NCBI GenBank assembly: GCA_963748815.1
Contig: CAVVKJ010000010.1
Span: 832,001-896,000 of the forward strand
Origin: an uncultured Gemmatimonadales bacterium
Lineage (GTDB): Bacteria > Gemmatimonadota > Gemmatimonadetes > Gemmatimonadales > GWC2-71-9
Direction: 5' to 3'
Length of the DNA: 64,000 nt
The stretch's first letter is position 1, and each line of letters begins with the position of its first letter. The position numbers and the translations under genes are program-made. The notes under the pieces were generated by a model. That model was not told where the DNA came from, made no database searches, and saw nothing but the letters and a program-made list of their open reading frames with translations. Positions 8,976 to 21,095 of the stretch are shown here, piece by piece.

Positions 8976-11900
8976 TCACCTCCCAAACGACTTCCGCCGC
9001 GGCTGCGGCCGGTCCCCGATCACCACGCGCACATGGTGCACGGCCCCGTCGTCGACCAGCGGAATGGCGGCGGGGTCGCACGCCACGCCGTCCAGCTCGG
9101 CCTCGGCGATGCCACGGCCGCGACGCTTCGGGTTGGACACGGCGATCTCGTACCGGGTGCGCCCGTACCGCCAGCTGATCGCATACTCGGGCCAGGCCGC
9201 CGGAATGCAGGGATCGAGCTCGAAGGTCGCTCCTCGCCGCGTGAGGCCGAGAATGCTCTCGAGCCCGGCGCGATACATCCAGCCCGCCGAACCGGTGTAC
9301 CAGGTCCAGCCGCCGCGGCCCGCGTGCGCCGCGTGGGCGTACACGTCGCCCGGCGTCACGTACGGCTTCGACCTTGTAGCGTTCCACATCGGCGGCGGTG
9401 CGCGTGTGGTTGATCGGGTTCAGCATGTGGAACAGCTCCATCGCCTCGTCGCCGTTGCCGAGCCGGGCCGACGGCCATGATCGTCCAGATCGCGGCGTGG
9501 GTGTACTGCCCGCCGTTCTCCCGGACGCCCGGCGGATATCCCTTGATGTAGCCCGGGATCCTGCGCGGGAGCGATCGAACGGGGGCGTGAACAGGAGCAC
9601 CGCCCGCGCGCCCCGCCGCACGAGGTGGGTGCGGACCGCGTCCATGGCCCGCTCCGCGCGCGCCGAGGGGGCGGCGCCGGAGAGCACGGCCCAGGTCTGC
9701 GCAGATCGAGTCGATCTTGCATTCGTCGTTCTGCGCCGACCCGAGCGGCGAACCGTCGTCGTAGTAGCCCCGCCGGTACCAGTCGCCGTCCCAGGCCAGT
9801 TCCGAGCATGGTCGCCAGCCGGCTGGCCTCGCCGGCGTAGCGGACGCGCGTGCTGCCGGTCGCCCGCGCTCGCACAGAGCGGCGCCGAGCTTGCTGCAGC
9901 ACCGCGTAGCAGGAACCAGCCGAGCCACACGCTTTCGCCCCGACCCTCGCTGCCCCACCCGGTTCATGCCGTCGTTCCAGTCGCCGCTCCCGATGAGCGG
10001 GCAGGCCGTGCGCGCCGGCCGTGAGGCTCCGCTCCACGGCGCGGATGCAGTGCTCCAGGAGGGACGCCGACTCGGTGGACGCGCCGGGCTGCAGGTACGC
10101 CTCGATCTCGCCCGACACGAGCGGCGGCGCCGTCGAGGAACGGGACGACCTCCCGCAGGATGCCGTCGTCGCCCGTCGCCTCGACATAGTGCGCCACCGC
10201 GAAGGGCAGCCAGAGCAGGTCGTCGGAACAGCGGGTGCGCGTGCCGCGGCCCGACGGCTCGTGCCACCAGTGCTGCACGTCGCCCTCGACGAACTGGCGG
10301 CCGGCCGCCCGCAGGATGTGCTCGCGCAGCAGGTCCGGCCGGGCGAACGACCAGCGACATCGCGTCCTGGAGCTGGTCGCGGAAGCCGTAGGCGCCGCCG
10401 GGCTGGTACAGGGCGGACCGCGCCCACAGCCGGCAGCTCACGCACCTGGTAGAGCAGCCACCGGTTCATGAGCAGGTCGAAGGAGTCGTCCGGCGTCTTC
10501 ACCTGGATGGTGCCGAGGAGCTCGTCCCAGCGACCGGTCACCGTGGCAAGCGCGGCCTCGGCGGCCGCGACGCTCCGGTGCCGCGCCAGGAGTTCGCGCG
10601 CGTGCGCCGCGTCACGACCCTCGCCCAGCGTCCACGCCACCTGACGCGTCTCTCCCGGCGCCAGCTCGAGCTGCACCTGCAGGGCCGCGCAGGGATCCAG
10701 CCCGGCGCCGATCTCGCCGGACAGCACGTGGCGGCTCAGGGCCGGCGGGCCGCGCCAGCGAGCCGTTCCGGCCCAGGAACGAGAGGCGGTCCGCCGGAAA
10801 TGGAGTGCGGCGTGTCGCTGCTGGCGGCGAACGCGACCCGGTCGGGGAACTCCTCGTTGTAGGGGTTGGTCGCGAGCACCGCGCCGGTCACCGAATCCTG
10901 CTCGGTCACGACGTGCAGGTGCGCGCCCGAGCCGCGGCGGGCCGAGGCGCCACTCGGCGTAGCCGAACAGGCTGAGCCGGCGCGTGCGCGGCGCTCCGGT
11001 TGGTCAGCGTCAGGAGCGAGAACTTGACCGGGTCACTGGCGTCCACGAAGACCGCCAGCTCCTGCTCGATCTCGTGGGAGGCGTGCGCAAACCGCGACAC
11101 ACCGGCGGCGTGGCGCACCACGTAGCGACCGCTGTCCGCGGTCCGGGGCATCGGTCCCGGCGTCGGGCGACCAGACGTCACCGGTCTCGTCGTCCCGCAG
11201 GAAGAGCGCCTCGCCGGTCGGGTCGCTGACCGGATCGTTCGAGAACGGCGTCAGCCGGTTCTCCCGGCTGTTCTCCGCCCAGGTGTACGCGGACCCGGAG
11301 GCCGACACGACGGTCCCGAAGCCGGGATTCGCGATGACGTTGACCCAGGGGAGCGGCGTCTCGGCGTCGCCGTCGAGCACGACGACGTACTCGCGCCCAT
11401 CGTCGGCGAATCCACCCGACCCGTTGCCGAGGGTGAGTCGGGGGCACCTCGACCGCGACGGCCGTCGCGCTCGGGGATCGGCACCGCCGGGGGCGCAGCA
11501 ATCTCGGGATCCAATCGCGGCTCGGCGTAGGGCCGGTCCAGCTGGGCCATCAGCGTGCCCCGCTCCCCGCTCAGGACGGCGCGCGCCACGCTCGAGAGCA
11601 GGTGGCGCTCGGCCTCGCTCATCCGGTCGCCCACGCAACAGGAACACGCCGCCGGGCCGGTGCTTCCACGCACCCCACGGTCCGGTGTCGAGCACCACGC
11701 CGAGCTGCACGTGCATCTCGTCGAGGTAGCTCACCGGATGCTCGTTGAGGATGACGACGTCGGCGCTGAGCCCCTTGAGCCGCCAGTACTCCTGGGCCTG
11801 CAGCACCTGGCGGACCAGCGGGATGTCGTCTTCCTCGACGACGCGCACCAGGAGAATGGGCAGGTCGCCCGAAATCCCGTGGGCCCAGAGCCCGGGCCGC

Positions 11901-14900
11901 CCGAGCGTCGCTCCCGAGGGCGCTTCGGGCGCGGCACCGAGCGACCGGTCGGTGTAGAGGACCCGGGAGGCGAGGCGTTCGTAGAGCTGGGCCTCGTCGC
12001 TCGTGATGCCCATGTGGCGGAGCGTGCTCTGGGCCTGGGTGTAGGCCAGCGCAAAGGTGCGCGCCGCCGCGCTCGGGTCGTGGTACTTGTGGGCGATGGC
12101 CAGGGCGCCCTCGCGGCTCGAGGCCATCCCGGTGGCAAAGGAGAGGCGCACGAAGCCGCCGGGCGCCAGCCGGATCCGCTGCCGAAGGCTCACGATGGGA
12201 TCCAGCACGGCGCCCACCGTCCCCGAGAGCGCGCGGCCGTCGAGCGCCACGGGATCTGCGGGCCCCCTGCCCCGACCCAGGAACCGGAGGCGGTCGGTCT
12301 CCCACTCCACCGGCCCCTGCATCCGTCCCTCGACGCTCAGCACGTGGACCGCCCAGGCGCCGGCCTCCTCCCGCGAGCGGGGCCGCCGGCCGCAGAGCAG
12401 CGCGGAGCTCTCCGCCAGGTATTCCGTCTCGACGAAGAGCTTGCCGAACGCCGGATGCGCGAGGTCGTCCGCGATCGACACCAGCGCGATCTCGGCGTAG
12501 CTGGTGATTTCCAGCTCGCGATGGCGGTCGCTCAGGTTGGTCACGGCCAGGCGGCGGACCTCGACGTCGTCCTCGGTCGACACGGCGATGTCGAGCTGGG
12601 TCGAGATGCCGTCGTCGGTCCGTCGGAATACCGCTCGCTCCGGCTGGTACGTCACCAGGTACTCTTCCGGCTCGCGGCCCGTCGGGTGGTAGGCCGCCGA
12701 CCACACCGACCCGTTCCGCACGTCGCGGAGGTAGAGGAACTGGCTGCCGACGTCGCGGGTGGCGTCTTCGCGGTAGCGGGTGACCGCGCGGCCGCGGCAG
12801 AGGCTGGCGCCGCCGCCGGCGTTGGTGACCACCGCGACATACGCCCCGTTCGACAGGAACTGCGCGTGCGGGAAGCGGGTGTGCGGCGACCGGAACCGCC
12901 GCACCGCCCCCGGCGTGGCCGCCGCGGCCGCGCGCGTCTCCTCAGCGGGATGCGGCTGGGAGATGGGCGCGTGTCGCGGCACCCGCTCCTGCAGCAGCAG
13001 CGCCGTGGCCTGCACCCGGGGGTCGGCGTGGAAGCGGCGCACCATCACGTCGCCCAGCAGGGTGTTGGCCAGGGCGATGAGGCTCATCCCCTGGTGGTGG
13101 GCCAGGTAGGCCTGCACGACGACGCCCCGCGGGGCCGATGGCGCCGGGGCGCTGCCGGGATCGCTGTCCAGCGCCTTGCGATGGGTGTAGTCGACGGATT
13201 CGTAGAAGCCGTACGCACCCTCGGCGCCCTCGCGCGCGAGCCGCCGGAAGTTCTGCGCGGCCCGGGTCGGGTCCACCATCGCGGCCAGCGCGGTCGCGTA
13301 TGGCGCCACCACGAGGTCGTCGCCCAGCCCCCGCTTGAGCCCGAGCCCCGGCACGCCAAAGGCCTTGTACTGGTAGTTGCCGTGGCGGTCCACGATGTTG
13401 AAGCCGGACTCCGAGATCCCCCACGGCACGCCCCGCTCCCGGCCGTAGTCCATTTGCCGGCGCACCGCCATGTGGCTCGACTGATCGAGCAGCGTCCCGG
13501 CGTAGCTCCGCATGACGAGCATCGGCATCAGGTACTCGAACAGCGTGGCGCCCCAGGAGAGGAGCGTGGAGGCGCCGTCCACGCTGGTCAGCAGGCGCCC
13601 GAGGTGGAACCAGTGGCTGTCGGGGACGTCGCCCTTGGCGATGGCCACGAAGCTCGCGAGCCGAGCTTCCGAGGCGAGGAGGTCGTAGAACGACGGGTCG
13701 AGGCGGCCGGGGCCTTCGGCGTCCGCCAGCCGGAAACCGATGGCGAAGATCTGGCGCTGGCGGTCGTAGAGGAAGCCGAAGGACATGCCCTCCACGAAAG
13801 CCAGCGCGCGGTTCGCGAGCGCCTCGAGCCGTGCATCCGGCCCGCCCGAGGGGCCGTCGGTGGCCAGCGCCGCGGCCAGGGTCTGCGCCCAGGCGATGCC
13901 CTCCCCGGACGGCCCGACGCAGCCCAGCGCCTCGACGAGGTTCGGCCGCAGGCCGGCGGCAAGGGTCAGGCTTTCCTCGGCGTCCTCGACGCCATTCAAA
14001 GCGCCCAGCAGGGCGGTCACGGCCGACTCCAGCCGTGCGCCCGCGCCGGGCGCCGTGTCTTTCGGCGGCGCGGAGGCGAGCGCGCCCGCGGCGACGGCGG
14101 CGGTGTCGCGCAGGCCGGACCGGCGCTGCGCCGGCGACTGCGGTGATGCCGCGAGCTCCTTCAATCCCTCGGCCAGCGCGATCAGCGCCCCGGCGAGGTT
14201 GCCGCTGTCCACGGTGGACACGTACCCCGGCGGCAGCGGCGCCAGGGTGCTGGTGTCGTACCAGTTCAGGAGATGCCCCTCGTAGCGCTCCAGCCCCTCC
14301 ATCGTGGTCATCAGCGCGTCGAGCCGCTCCAGCAGCTCGTCGGTGCGGATGTAGCCGAGGTCGTGGGCGGCCAGGGTGGACAGCAGGCCCATCGCGATGT
14401 TCGTCGGCGAGGTCCGGTGCGCCACGACGGGGTCCGGCGTCTCCTGCACGTTGTCCGGCGGCAGGCCGTGGTCGGCGGCGCCCATGAAGGTGTCGAAGAA
14501 CCGCCAGGTCTTCCGCGCGATCCCGTGGAGCAGCAGGCGATCCTCCGCGCCGAGCCGGTGCCGCGCGGGCCTGACGGGCTGGCTCAGCCACCAGGCGATG
14601 AGCGGCGCACCCAGCCACAGGGCGAGGATGGGCAGGGCCACCGGGAGTGCGTCCGGCCGCGCCCCGACCACCAGGACCGCCAGGAGCAGGGCGGTCAGCG
14701 GGCTGGCAGCCATTTCCCCTACGAAGAGCAGGAGCCCGCCCTTCACGGCGAGTCCCGCGGAGCGGGCCGCCGTGGCCGCCGCCGTTTCCCACTCGAGCAG
14801 GCGCCGCTGGGTAACGATGAGGCGGATCAGCGTGAGGACGATGGCGTGCGCCATCTCGTACGCGTGGTAGGCGAGGAAGGTCACCAGCAGGACCACCTGG

Positions 14901-17545
14901 GCGGCGGCGGTCTTCACGTCCTCGATCAGCAGCCGCCAGAAGACCCGGAGGGGCTGCTGCGGCGCGGGGCCCGCCAGGAACCGGAGGACCAGCGGGTAGA
15001 GCGGGAACGCCATCGTGCCGAGGATCAGCGCGGTCCACACCCAGGCGGCGCCGGGAAGCACGAGCCAGGCACCCGCCAGCGCCACCAGGGTGGCCGGTGC
15101 CACCAGCGTGCGCCGCAGGTTGTCCAGGATCTTCCAGCGGGAAATGATCGGCAACCTGTTGCGTTCGAGGCCCTGGCGGGTCGGCACGAGCGGGAAGAGC
15201 CAGAACAGGATCTGCCAGTCGCCGCGGGCCCACCGATGCTGGCGGCGCGCGTGGGTGAGCACGCTGGCTGGGTAGTCGTCCACCACCTCGACGTCGGTCA
15301 CGAGGGCGGGCCGCGCGTGCAGTCCCTCGAACAGGTCGTGCGAGAGCATCGAGTTCTCGGGCACCCGCCCCTCGAGCGCCGCCATGAAGGCGTCCACGTC
15401 GTAGAGGCCCTTGCCCGTGAAGATCCCCTCGCTGAAGAGGTCCTGGTAGGTGTCCGAGACCGCGGTGGTGTAGGGATCCACGCCGGTGTGCCCGGCGTAG
15501 AGCCGCGAAAAGAGCGACCCGGCAGCACTCGCGAGCGTGACGCTCACCCGGGGCTGGAGGATGCCGTAGCCTTCGGTCACCCGGCGGAGCCGGGAATCGA
15601 AGTGGGGGCGGTTCAGCGGGTGCGCGATGATGCCGATGAGCTGCCGGGCGGCGTTGCGCGGCAGGCGGGTGTCGCTGTCCAGGGTGATGCAGTAGCGCAC
15701 GCCCGGGAGGAACTCCGGCTCGCCGACGTGGACGTGGAAGCTGGTGTCCGTGGCTCCCCGCACCAGGCGGTTGAATTCCTCGAGTTTGCCGCGCTTCCGC
15801 TCCCAGCCCATCCAGGAGCCTTCGTGCGAGTTCCACTGGCGCACCCGGTGGAACAGGTGGAACCGTCCGGGGCGGCCCCCGCCGGTCTCTGCGTTGAGTG
15901 CGGCGATCCCGCGTTCCGCGGCGTCGAGGATCTCGGCGTCGCCCGGCATCGACTCGGCCGCGGCGTCGGTGAAGTCGCTCAGGATGGCGAAGTGGATCTG
16001 CGGATCGCTGTTGCCGAGTGCCAGGACCTCCAGGTGCTCGATGAGTTCCTCGACGCCGTGGACGCTAGTCAGCAGCGTCGGGATGACCACCATGGTCCGG
16101 GCGCGCTCCGGCACCCCGTGCAGGAACTCCAGCCGGGGGAGTCGGCGCGGGGGGAGGAAGTGCGCCGCCAGCCGCTGGACCAGCGCGATGCCGAGTTCGG
16201 AGGCGGGAAAGAGGAGGAGGGCCACCGCGAGCAGCTCGGCCCAGGCGTCGCCGCCCGACACGCGCGCATAGGCGGCGGCAATGATCAGCAGGATGCCGGT
16301 GGCGAGTCCGATGGACCCGAGGTAGACGCTGGTGGCGTGGGTGGACACGAAGCGCCGCGCCCGCCCCTCGAGGGTGGGCTGGTAGGAGACGTCCGTTTCC
16401 AGTTTCCGCCGCCCCGCCCCGATCAGGTGATAGCCCACGTGCGCGGCGCGATCGTCCGGCGAGCCCTGCTCCGCCGCGTGCCGGGCGCTCTCCACCACCC
16501 GGAGCGCCGCCCGGAGCTGCGCCTCGCCGCTGGGCTCGGCGAGTTCCTCCACCGCCTGCCGGTACCGGTCGCGGCTCTGGAAGTCCATCTGGCCGTACGC
16601 CGCGGCGGGGTCCCGCCGCAGGACCTGCTCGACGAGGCTGACGCTTTCGAAGAAGACCGCCCAGTCCAGCGTCGAGCAGAGCCGGAGGCTGGTGATCGCG
16701 TTGCCCACCGAGACCTGCGCCGTGGCCTGGGCCTGGTGTTCGGTCCGGATCACGTCCTCGGCGGTCATCCCCTGGGCGGTGAGCCGCTCTTCCACGGCCG
16801 CGCGCACCGGGGACACCAGGGGGCCGTACTCGCGCATCCGCTGCAGAAGGCGTACGACGAACGCCGTCTCGAGGGTGTCGGGGAGGGCGGCCATGGCGCC
16901 GGCGGTGCCGGCGCCGGCGATCTGGTCGAGGTAGCGGTCGGCCGCGAGGCGCGCTTCGCGCGCGGCGAGCGTCTCCTCCGCCAGGCGCCGCAGGTTCTCG
17001 ATCAGCGCGATCTTGAGCATGCTGGGCCAGGCCCACAGCTCGCCGATGGTCAGAGGGGCCACGGTCTGGTAGGCGGTCATGAACCGACACCAGCTGCACG
17101 CGATCGAGGCGCCCGTCGGTGTGGCGGATCAACTCCAGCGCCATGGCGTGGATGCGCGCCATGCCCGCCATTTCGCGGGGCGCCAGCTTGGGGAGCCCGC
17201 GGTAATACCGGCGCGGCAGGTCGTGCCGCACGCCGCGGAACTCCGACTCGATCAGGTGGGCGTTGTCGAGGTGCCATTCGGCGGCGGGGGCGAGGAACTC
17301 GCCGCGGTGGACGTCGTCCGCCAGGATGCGATAGGCGTCGCGAAGGACCCGGGCGTTGTCGTCGAGGCGGAGGAAGAAGGGCTGGGTCCGGCCCCGGGTC
17401 CCGCGGCCAGGGTGAAGCTGGCGGCGAGCACGCGGGCGCGCTCCTCGAGGCGCTCGATGCTCAGCAGTTCGGCGCGGAGCGGGCTCTCACGGGTGGGGCC
17501 GCGCGGCCGGAAGACACGGAGGAGGGGGTGCAGGGCGTCGATCAC
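8976..17545 (-). CDS. ndvB: Cyclic beta-1,2-glucan synthase (Cgs/NdvB/ChvB type; glycosyltransferase, glucoamylase-like and GH94 regions), multiple frameshifts
   Basis: '[11 protein letters not shown]', 'ITLDSDT', 'ILQPRV', 'LSHDLFEG', '[11 protein letters not shown]', 'LPPDNVQE', 'HRTSPTNI', 'PWGISES', '[11 protein letters not shown]', '[10 protein letters not shown]', '[17 protein letters not shown]', '[16 protein letters not shown]', spread over several frames. Confidence 0.9.
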
Positions 17546-17564
17546 GTCGAAGTGTACATCACTC

Positions 17565-17686
17565 GGCGGGGAAGCGGGGAAGCGGGGAGGGCCTCACCCC
17601 CCGGCCCCCTCGACTATGAGCGTCCTCACCCCCTGTCCCCTGTCACCCCGGCGAAAGCCGGGGTCCGGCAAGCGGAGAGGGGGGAC
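17565..17686. repeat. (GCGGGGAA)n tract followed by a family B repeat containing a family A REP hairpin
   Basis: cctcaccccctgtcccc[tgtcaccccggcgaaagccggggtcc]ggcaagcggagaggggggac. Confidence 0.75.
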
Positions 17687-17687
17687 G

Positions 17688-18146
17688 TCATGCCGCTTTC
17701 GAGCGCATCGCCGCCCTCGCGAAGAGCGCGCTCGGCAGCCCGACACCCACGATGTGGATCAGCACGCCATTGAGGACGACGGGAAGGGTGCGTTGGGCGC
17801 CGGCGGCCGCCGAGAGGGGGATGACGACCAAGTTCATGACAAGGTAGGCAGCGACGCCATAGAGCGGCCCCCAGACGTAGGGGCGCTCGGCGAGCGGCAC
17901 CCAGCGCCGGCTAGCCAGGATGTAGACCGCTGCGATGCTCGTGGCGATCAGGAAGTGGAGCAGGACGCCGAGTGCGACGGTCGTCAGGCCGCCCTGGAAG
18001 GAGTCCTTGCCGAGGAGGCCGGCGGCGATGGCCTGGAAGATCCGGTGGGGCGGCACGCCGCGAAGACCGAAGAAGACGACGGCATCGAGTCCGTCGAGGA
18101 TGCCGACGGTGAAGCCGGCGAGGAGGATGCGGCGGGGAGTGGCCAT
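17688..18146 (-). CDS. Small integral membrane protein of unknown function
   Basis: Four hydrophobic helices with intramembrane His ('GVLLHFLIA', 'LIHIVGVG'). Confidence 0.75.
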   Translation of the reverse strand: MATPRRILLAGFTVGILDGLDAVVFFGLRGVPPHRIFQAIAAGLLGKDSFQGGLTTVALGVLLHFLIATSIAAVYILASRRWVPLAERPYVWGPLYGVAAYLVMNLVVIPLSAAAGAQRTLPVVLNGVLIHIVGVGLPSALFARAAMRSKAA

Positions 18147-18199
18147 GGGCGGGAAAAGTACCTAGTCGGGATTGCCAGGACGACATGAGTCGCCTATGG

Positions 18200-18845
18200 A
18201 CGCACACTCCTTCGCGTGCGACGCACGAATCACATCGCGCACTCAGCGGGCACTCATCGCAAAGCGGCAGACGGTCGGCAAATCGAGGCCGCCAAATCCA
18301 ATATGGCCCAACTCATCGCGGCCCACGCGCACCACCCTCGACGCGAGCGCTTGCAGGTACGGGTCGTACGAATGTCGGCGAGCTCCCTCGGACCAAAGTA
18401 TCGCTCCAATACACGAGCCATCCCGGCATCCAAGAGCGGCCGCGGCCTGTCGAACGCGAATAGTTCAATGGCATGGCCACGTATTGCCCACCGCAGGGAG
18501 CTCCTCGATCTCCTCCCTCCGGGCCGGAAATCGCCCCCGACGACGGGCCATTTCTAACCCGAGAGCGTACAGGCTCTCCGACTTCAAAGACCAAGGGGCA
18601 CGACCTGCCCGATGGCCGACGGGGAACTGGCGAGCGACCTCCAGCGGAGATACTGGCAGGAAGTCGGGCAAGCAGGCCTGAACCGTCTCGGCCGAGTTCG
18701 CTGAAGCTAGAACCTCGACCACGACCTGGTGGTAAAGGGGTGCGCTGGCCCTCCGCCAAGCAAAGGACCGTCCCGCCCGTCGGTACCATCGGAGGGTGGC
18801 GGTTCGGAAGCACCTGATTCCCGATCCTGGCGGCAGCTGCCTCAT
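18200..18845 (-). CDS. HhH-GPD DNA glycosylase with 4Fe-4S cluster (MutY/Mig-like mismatch glycosylase), frameshifted
   Basis: Stitching frames gives 'LRWYRRAGRSFAWR..YHQVVVEVL', HhH 'IEELPAVGQYVANAI', 'PLLDAGMARVLERYFG', 'DIRYDPYLQALA', 'WAILDLAASICRP..PLCDECPLSARC' (C-x6-C-x2-C-x5-C-like). The 3' end is approximate. Confidence 0.8.
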
Positions 18846-18942
18846 GAAGTCGAGCTTTTCTGGTTATGCACTTGCCCCAGTGCCATCGATACTTCCCCCC
18901 AGAGCCTACCTACCTCAGCACATCCGACCGCCGCAGTGACTC

Positions 18943-20200
18943 ATGAAGCAGCCAAGAAAAGCACGCAAATCGACTTCACCGACGACATCGACCTGTTCGC
19001 CGGCTGCGGGGGACTCTCCCTGGTCTGGAGGAAGCAGGTTTCCATCCCTTGCTCTTCTCAGAACTAAACAAGTCCGCGGCCGACACCTACATGGCGAACC
19101 GGCCCGGCAAGGGCATCAAGTATGTCGGGGATGTCTATAGCCTAACAAACGATGACCTTGCCGCTTACATGGACGAATGGGCTCAGTCCGGTATCACCGA
19201 CATCGATCTGGTGCGGCGGCGGCCCTCCGTGCCAAGGCTACTCCGGGATCGGGCATCGGAGGTCATTCACCGTCACCAAAGAGCAGATTCCCTCGAATCA
19301 TCTCTACAAGGAGATGATCCGGGTCATTGAGCAGGTCCGCCCCAAGCTCTTCCTCTTCGAGAACGTCAAGGGCCTTTTGTCCGGCCGATGGACCCCCAGC
19401 GGCGCGAAGAAAGGCGAGATTTGGGAGGACGTTAAAGCGAGTTTCCGAGCCATCGAAGGTTACTCGGTCCGCCAGTACAATCGTCCATGCCAAGAAATTT
19501 CGGAGTCCCCCAGAATCGCCCCCGCGTGCTCCTAGTCGGCATCCGGGACGACGTCACTTGGACTGGGCTCAGCCCTCGAGACCGAGGATGCCGTTGAGGG
19601 TGGGCTATTGCCACGGGGAAAGGGAGGATACCCGACATTCGAGATGTCTTCAGCGATCTTGTCGATTCCCGGTACCGCGACCGAGGTCAGACAGACAAGT
19701 ATCTCTCAAACCCCAAGTCAGACTTCCAGGAAGAGATCCGACGAATTGGGCGCAAGGTACTTCAGAAGGGAGATCCGCTCACGGAGCAGGAGTACAGCGA
19801 CCACGCACCACGGATCCGGGAGAAGTTCCAGTACATGATCGACCACGAGGGCAAGGTTCCTCCCCGCATGCAAACCAAGAAGTTTGCCCAGCGTGTCATT
19901 CCCGAGAGGTGGGGCGAGGATGGCCCCTCAATCACAGCGACCTCGCTACCGGATGACTTTGTCCACTATGCCCAGCCCCGGAGCCTTACTGTTCGTGAAT
20001 GGGCCAGGCTACAGACCTTTCCCGACTGGTACCAATTCAAGGGGCCACGTACCACTGGTGGACATCGGCGCGCTGGAAACCCGGACGAAGGCAATTGGGA
20101 CCGCGAGGTGCCGAAGTACACCCAGATAGGCAATGCTGTTCCGGTCAAGCTCGCGAAAGCTGTCGGAATGCACTTCAGGAAGCTCTTGTCGTCCAAGTAG
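18943..20200 (+). CDS. DNA (cytosine-5) methyltransferase, multiply frameshifted
   Basis: Motif I 'IDLFAGCGGLS', IV 'GGPPCQGYS', VI 'FENVKGLL', VIII 'GVPQNRPRV', IX 'RSLTVREWARLQTFPD', X 'YTQIGNAVPVKLA'. Confidence 0.92.
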
Positions 20201-21095
20201 TTAGAGCAGCTGTTTCCGAAAGGCATAGAGCTCGGGGATCTTGCTTTCTCGGATTCGCCAGAGGTAACCGTGATCTCTGACCGTGCCGTCAGGCTTCACA
20301 TGCATCGTGAAATCAAGCCCAACCGCCTGCTCCTCCACCAAAGCAAGAAAATCAGCAAAACTTGGCTGCCGGCAGTAAATCGCGCTGTCGTAAAGGAAAT
20401 CTTCGGCAGCTCCCGTGCCTCTCGCCCTCACGGTGATGAATAGAGTAGCAGGGTGCTTTTCCATGAGTCTGTCGCGAAGCACAGCATAGCTGTAGTGAAC
20501 AACGGTTTCCGCGCCCTTCATTACCCTGACCCTTGAAAGGTCAGCATCCACCACAAGTTTCCAGCCGAGACTATTCTGCTTCGTTGTGATCGTACAATAG
20601 AGGGCCTGCCGGTGGCGCTGTTCATCATAATATCCATATCGCCCAACCAACTCGAGCTCGGCCCTCAAGTTCGCCCCAAACCGGCGTCTTCGCAAAGAGT
20701 GTAATCAGCGGATCAGATGAGCGCGCCCGAAGTCGGTGCGCTTTGAGCTCAATCCCTTCATGGTCAGCTACTTGAGACGTGTTTGCGGCAATCCCCAACA
20801 TCGTTTCAAGCGTAAAGCCCACCCCCGTATCGCCAGATCGTAGCGTGGCAATCCAGCCCAACTCCCTGACCGCTTTCACCCGCGCAATGAGGCGCCTGAC
20901 CACGGCTTCTACCTCGCCTCGGTCGGGACGGAGCGGGAAGAACTGGCGAGTCGCCCTGGAGATTGGAGCTACATCACTGGGAAGCAGGATCGCAAGGTGC
21001 GACTTTGGACCAAACGCGACTAGTAATAGATCACCGGGCTGGGCCAGCTCTCTCAGCCCAGCGATCCAGAACCGCGGCAGCCGGTGACCAACGGC
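20201..21095 (-). pseudogene. MvaI/BcnI-family restriction endonuclease, apparently 5'-truncated and frameshifted (~20660-20690)
   Basis: 'PRFWIAGLRELAQPGDLL', 'GDTGVGFTLETMLGIAAN', 'DHEGIELKA', 'ITLFAKTP', 'LMEKHPATLFI', 'VRDHGYLWRI'; an in-frame TGA lies just upstream (~21105), with no start codon before the conserved block. Confidence 0.75.

Noticed and set aside
14273..17773. Long + strand ORF (1166 aa) and similar long antisense ORFs (e.g. 23543-25309, 28986-30794, 55905-57941)
   Set aside because: Shadow ORFs opposite well-supported genes in high-GC DNA, with no recognisable motifs.
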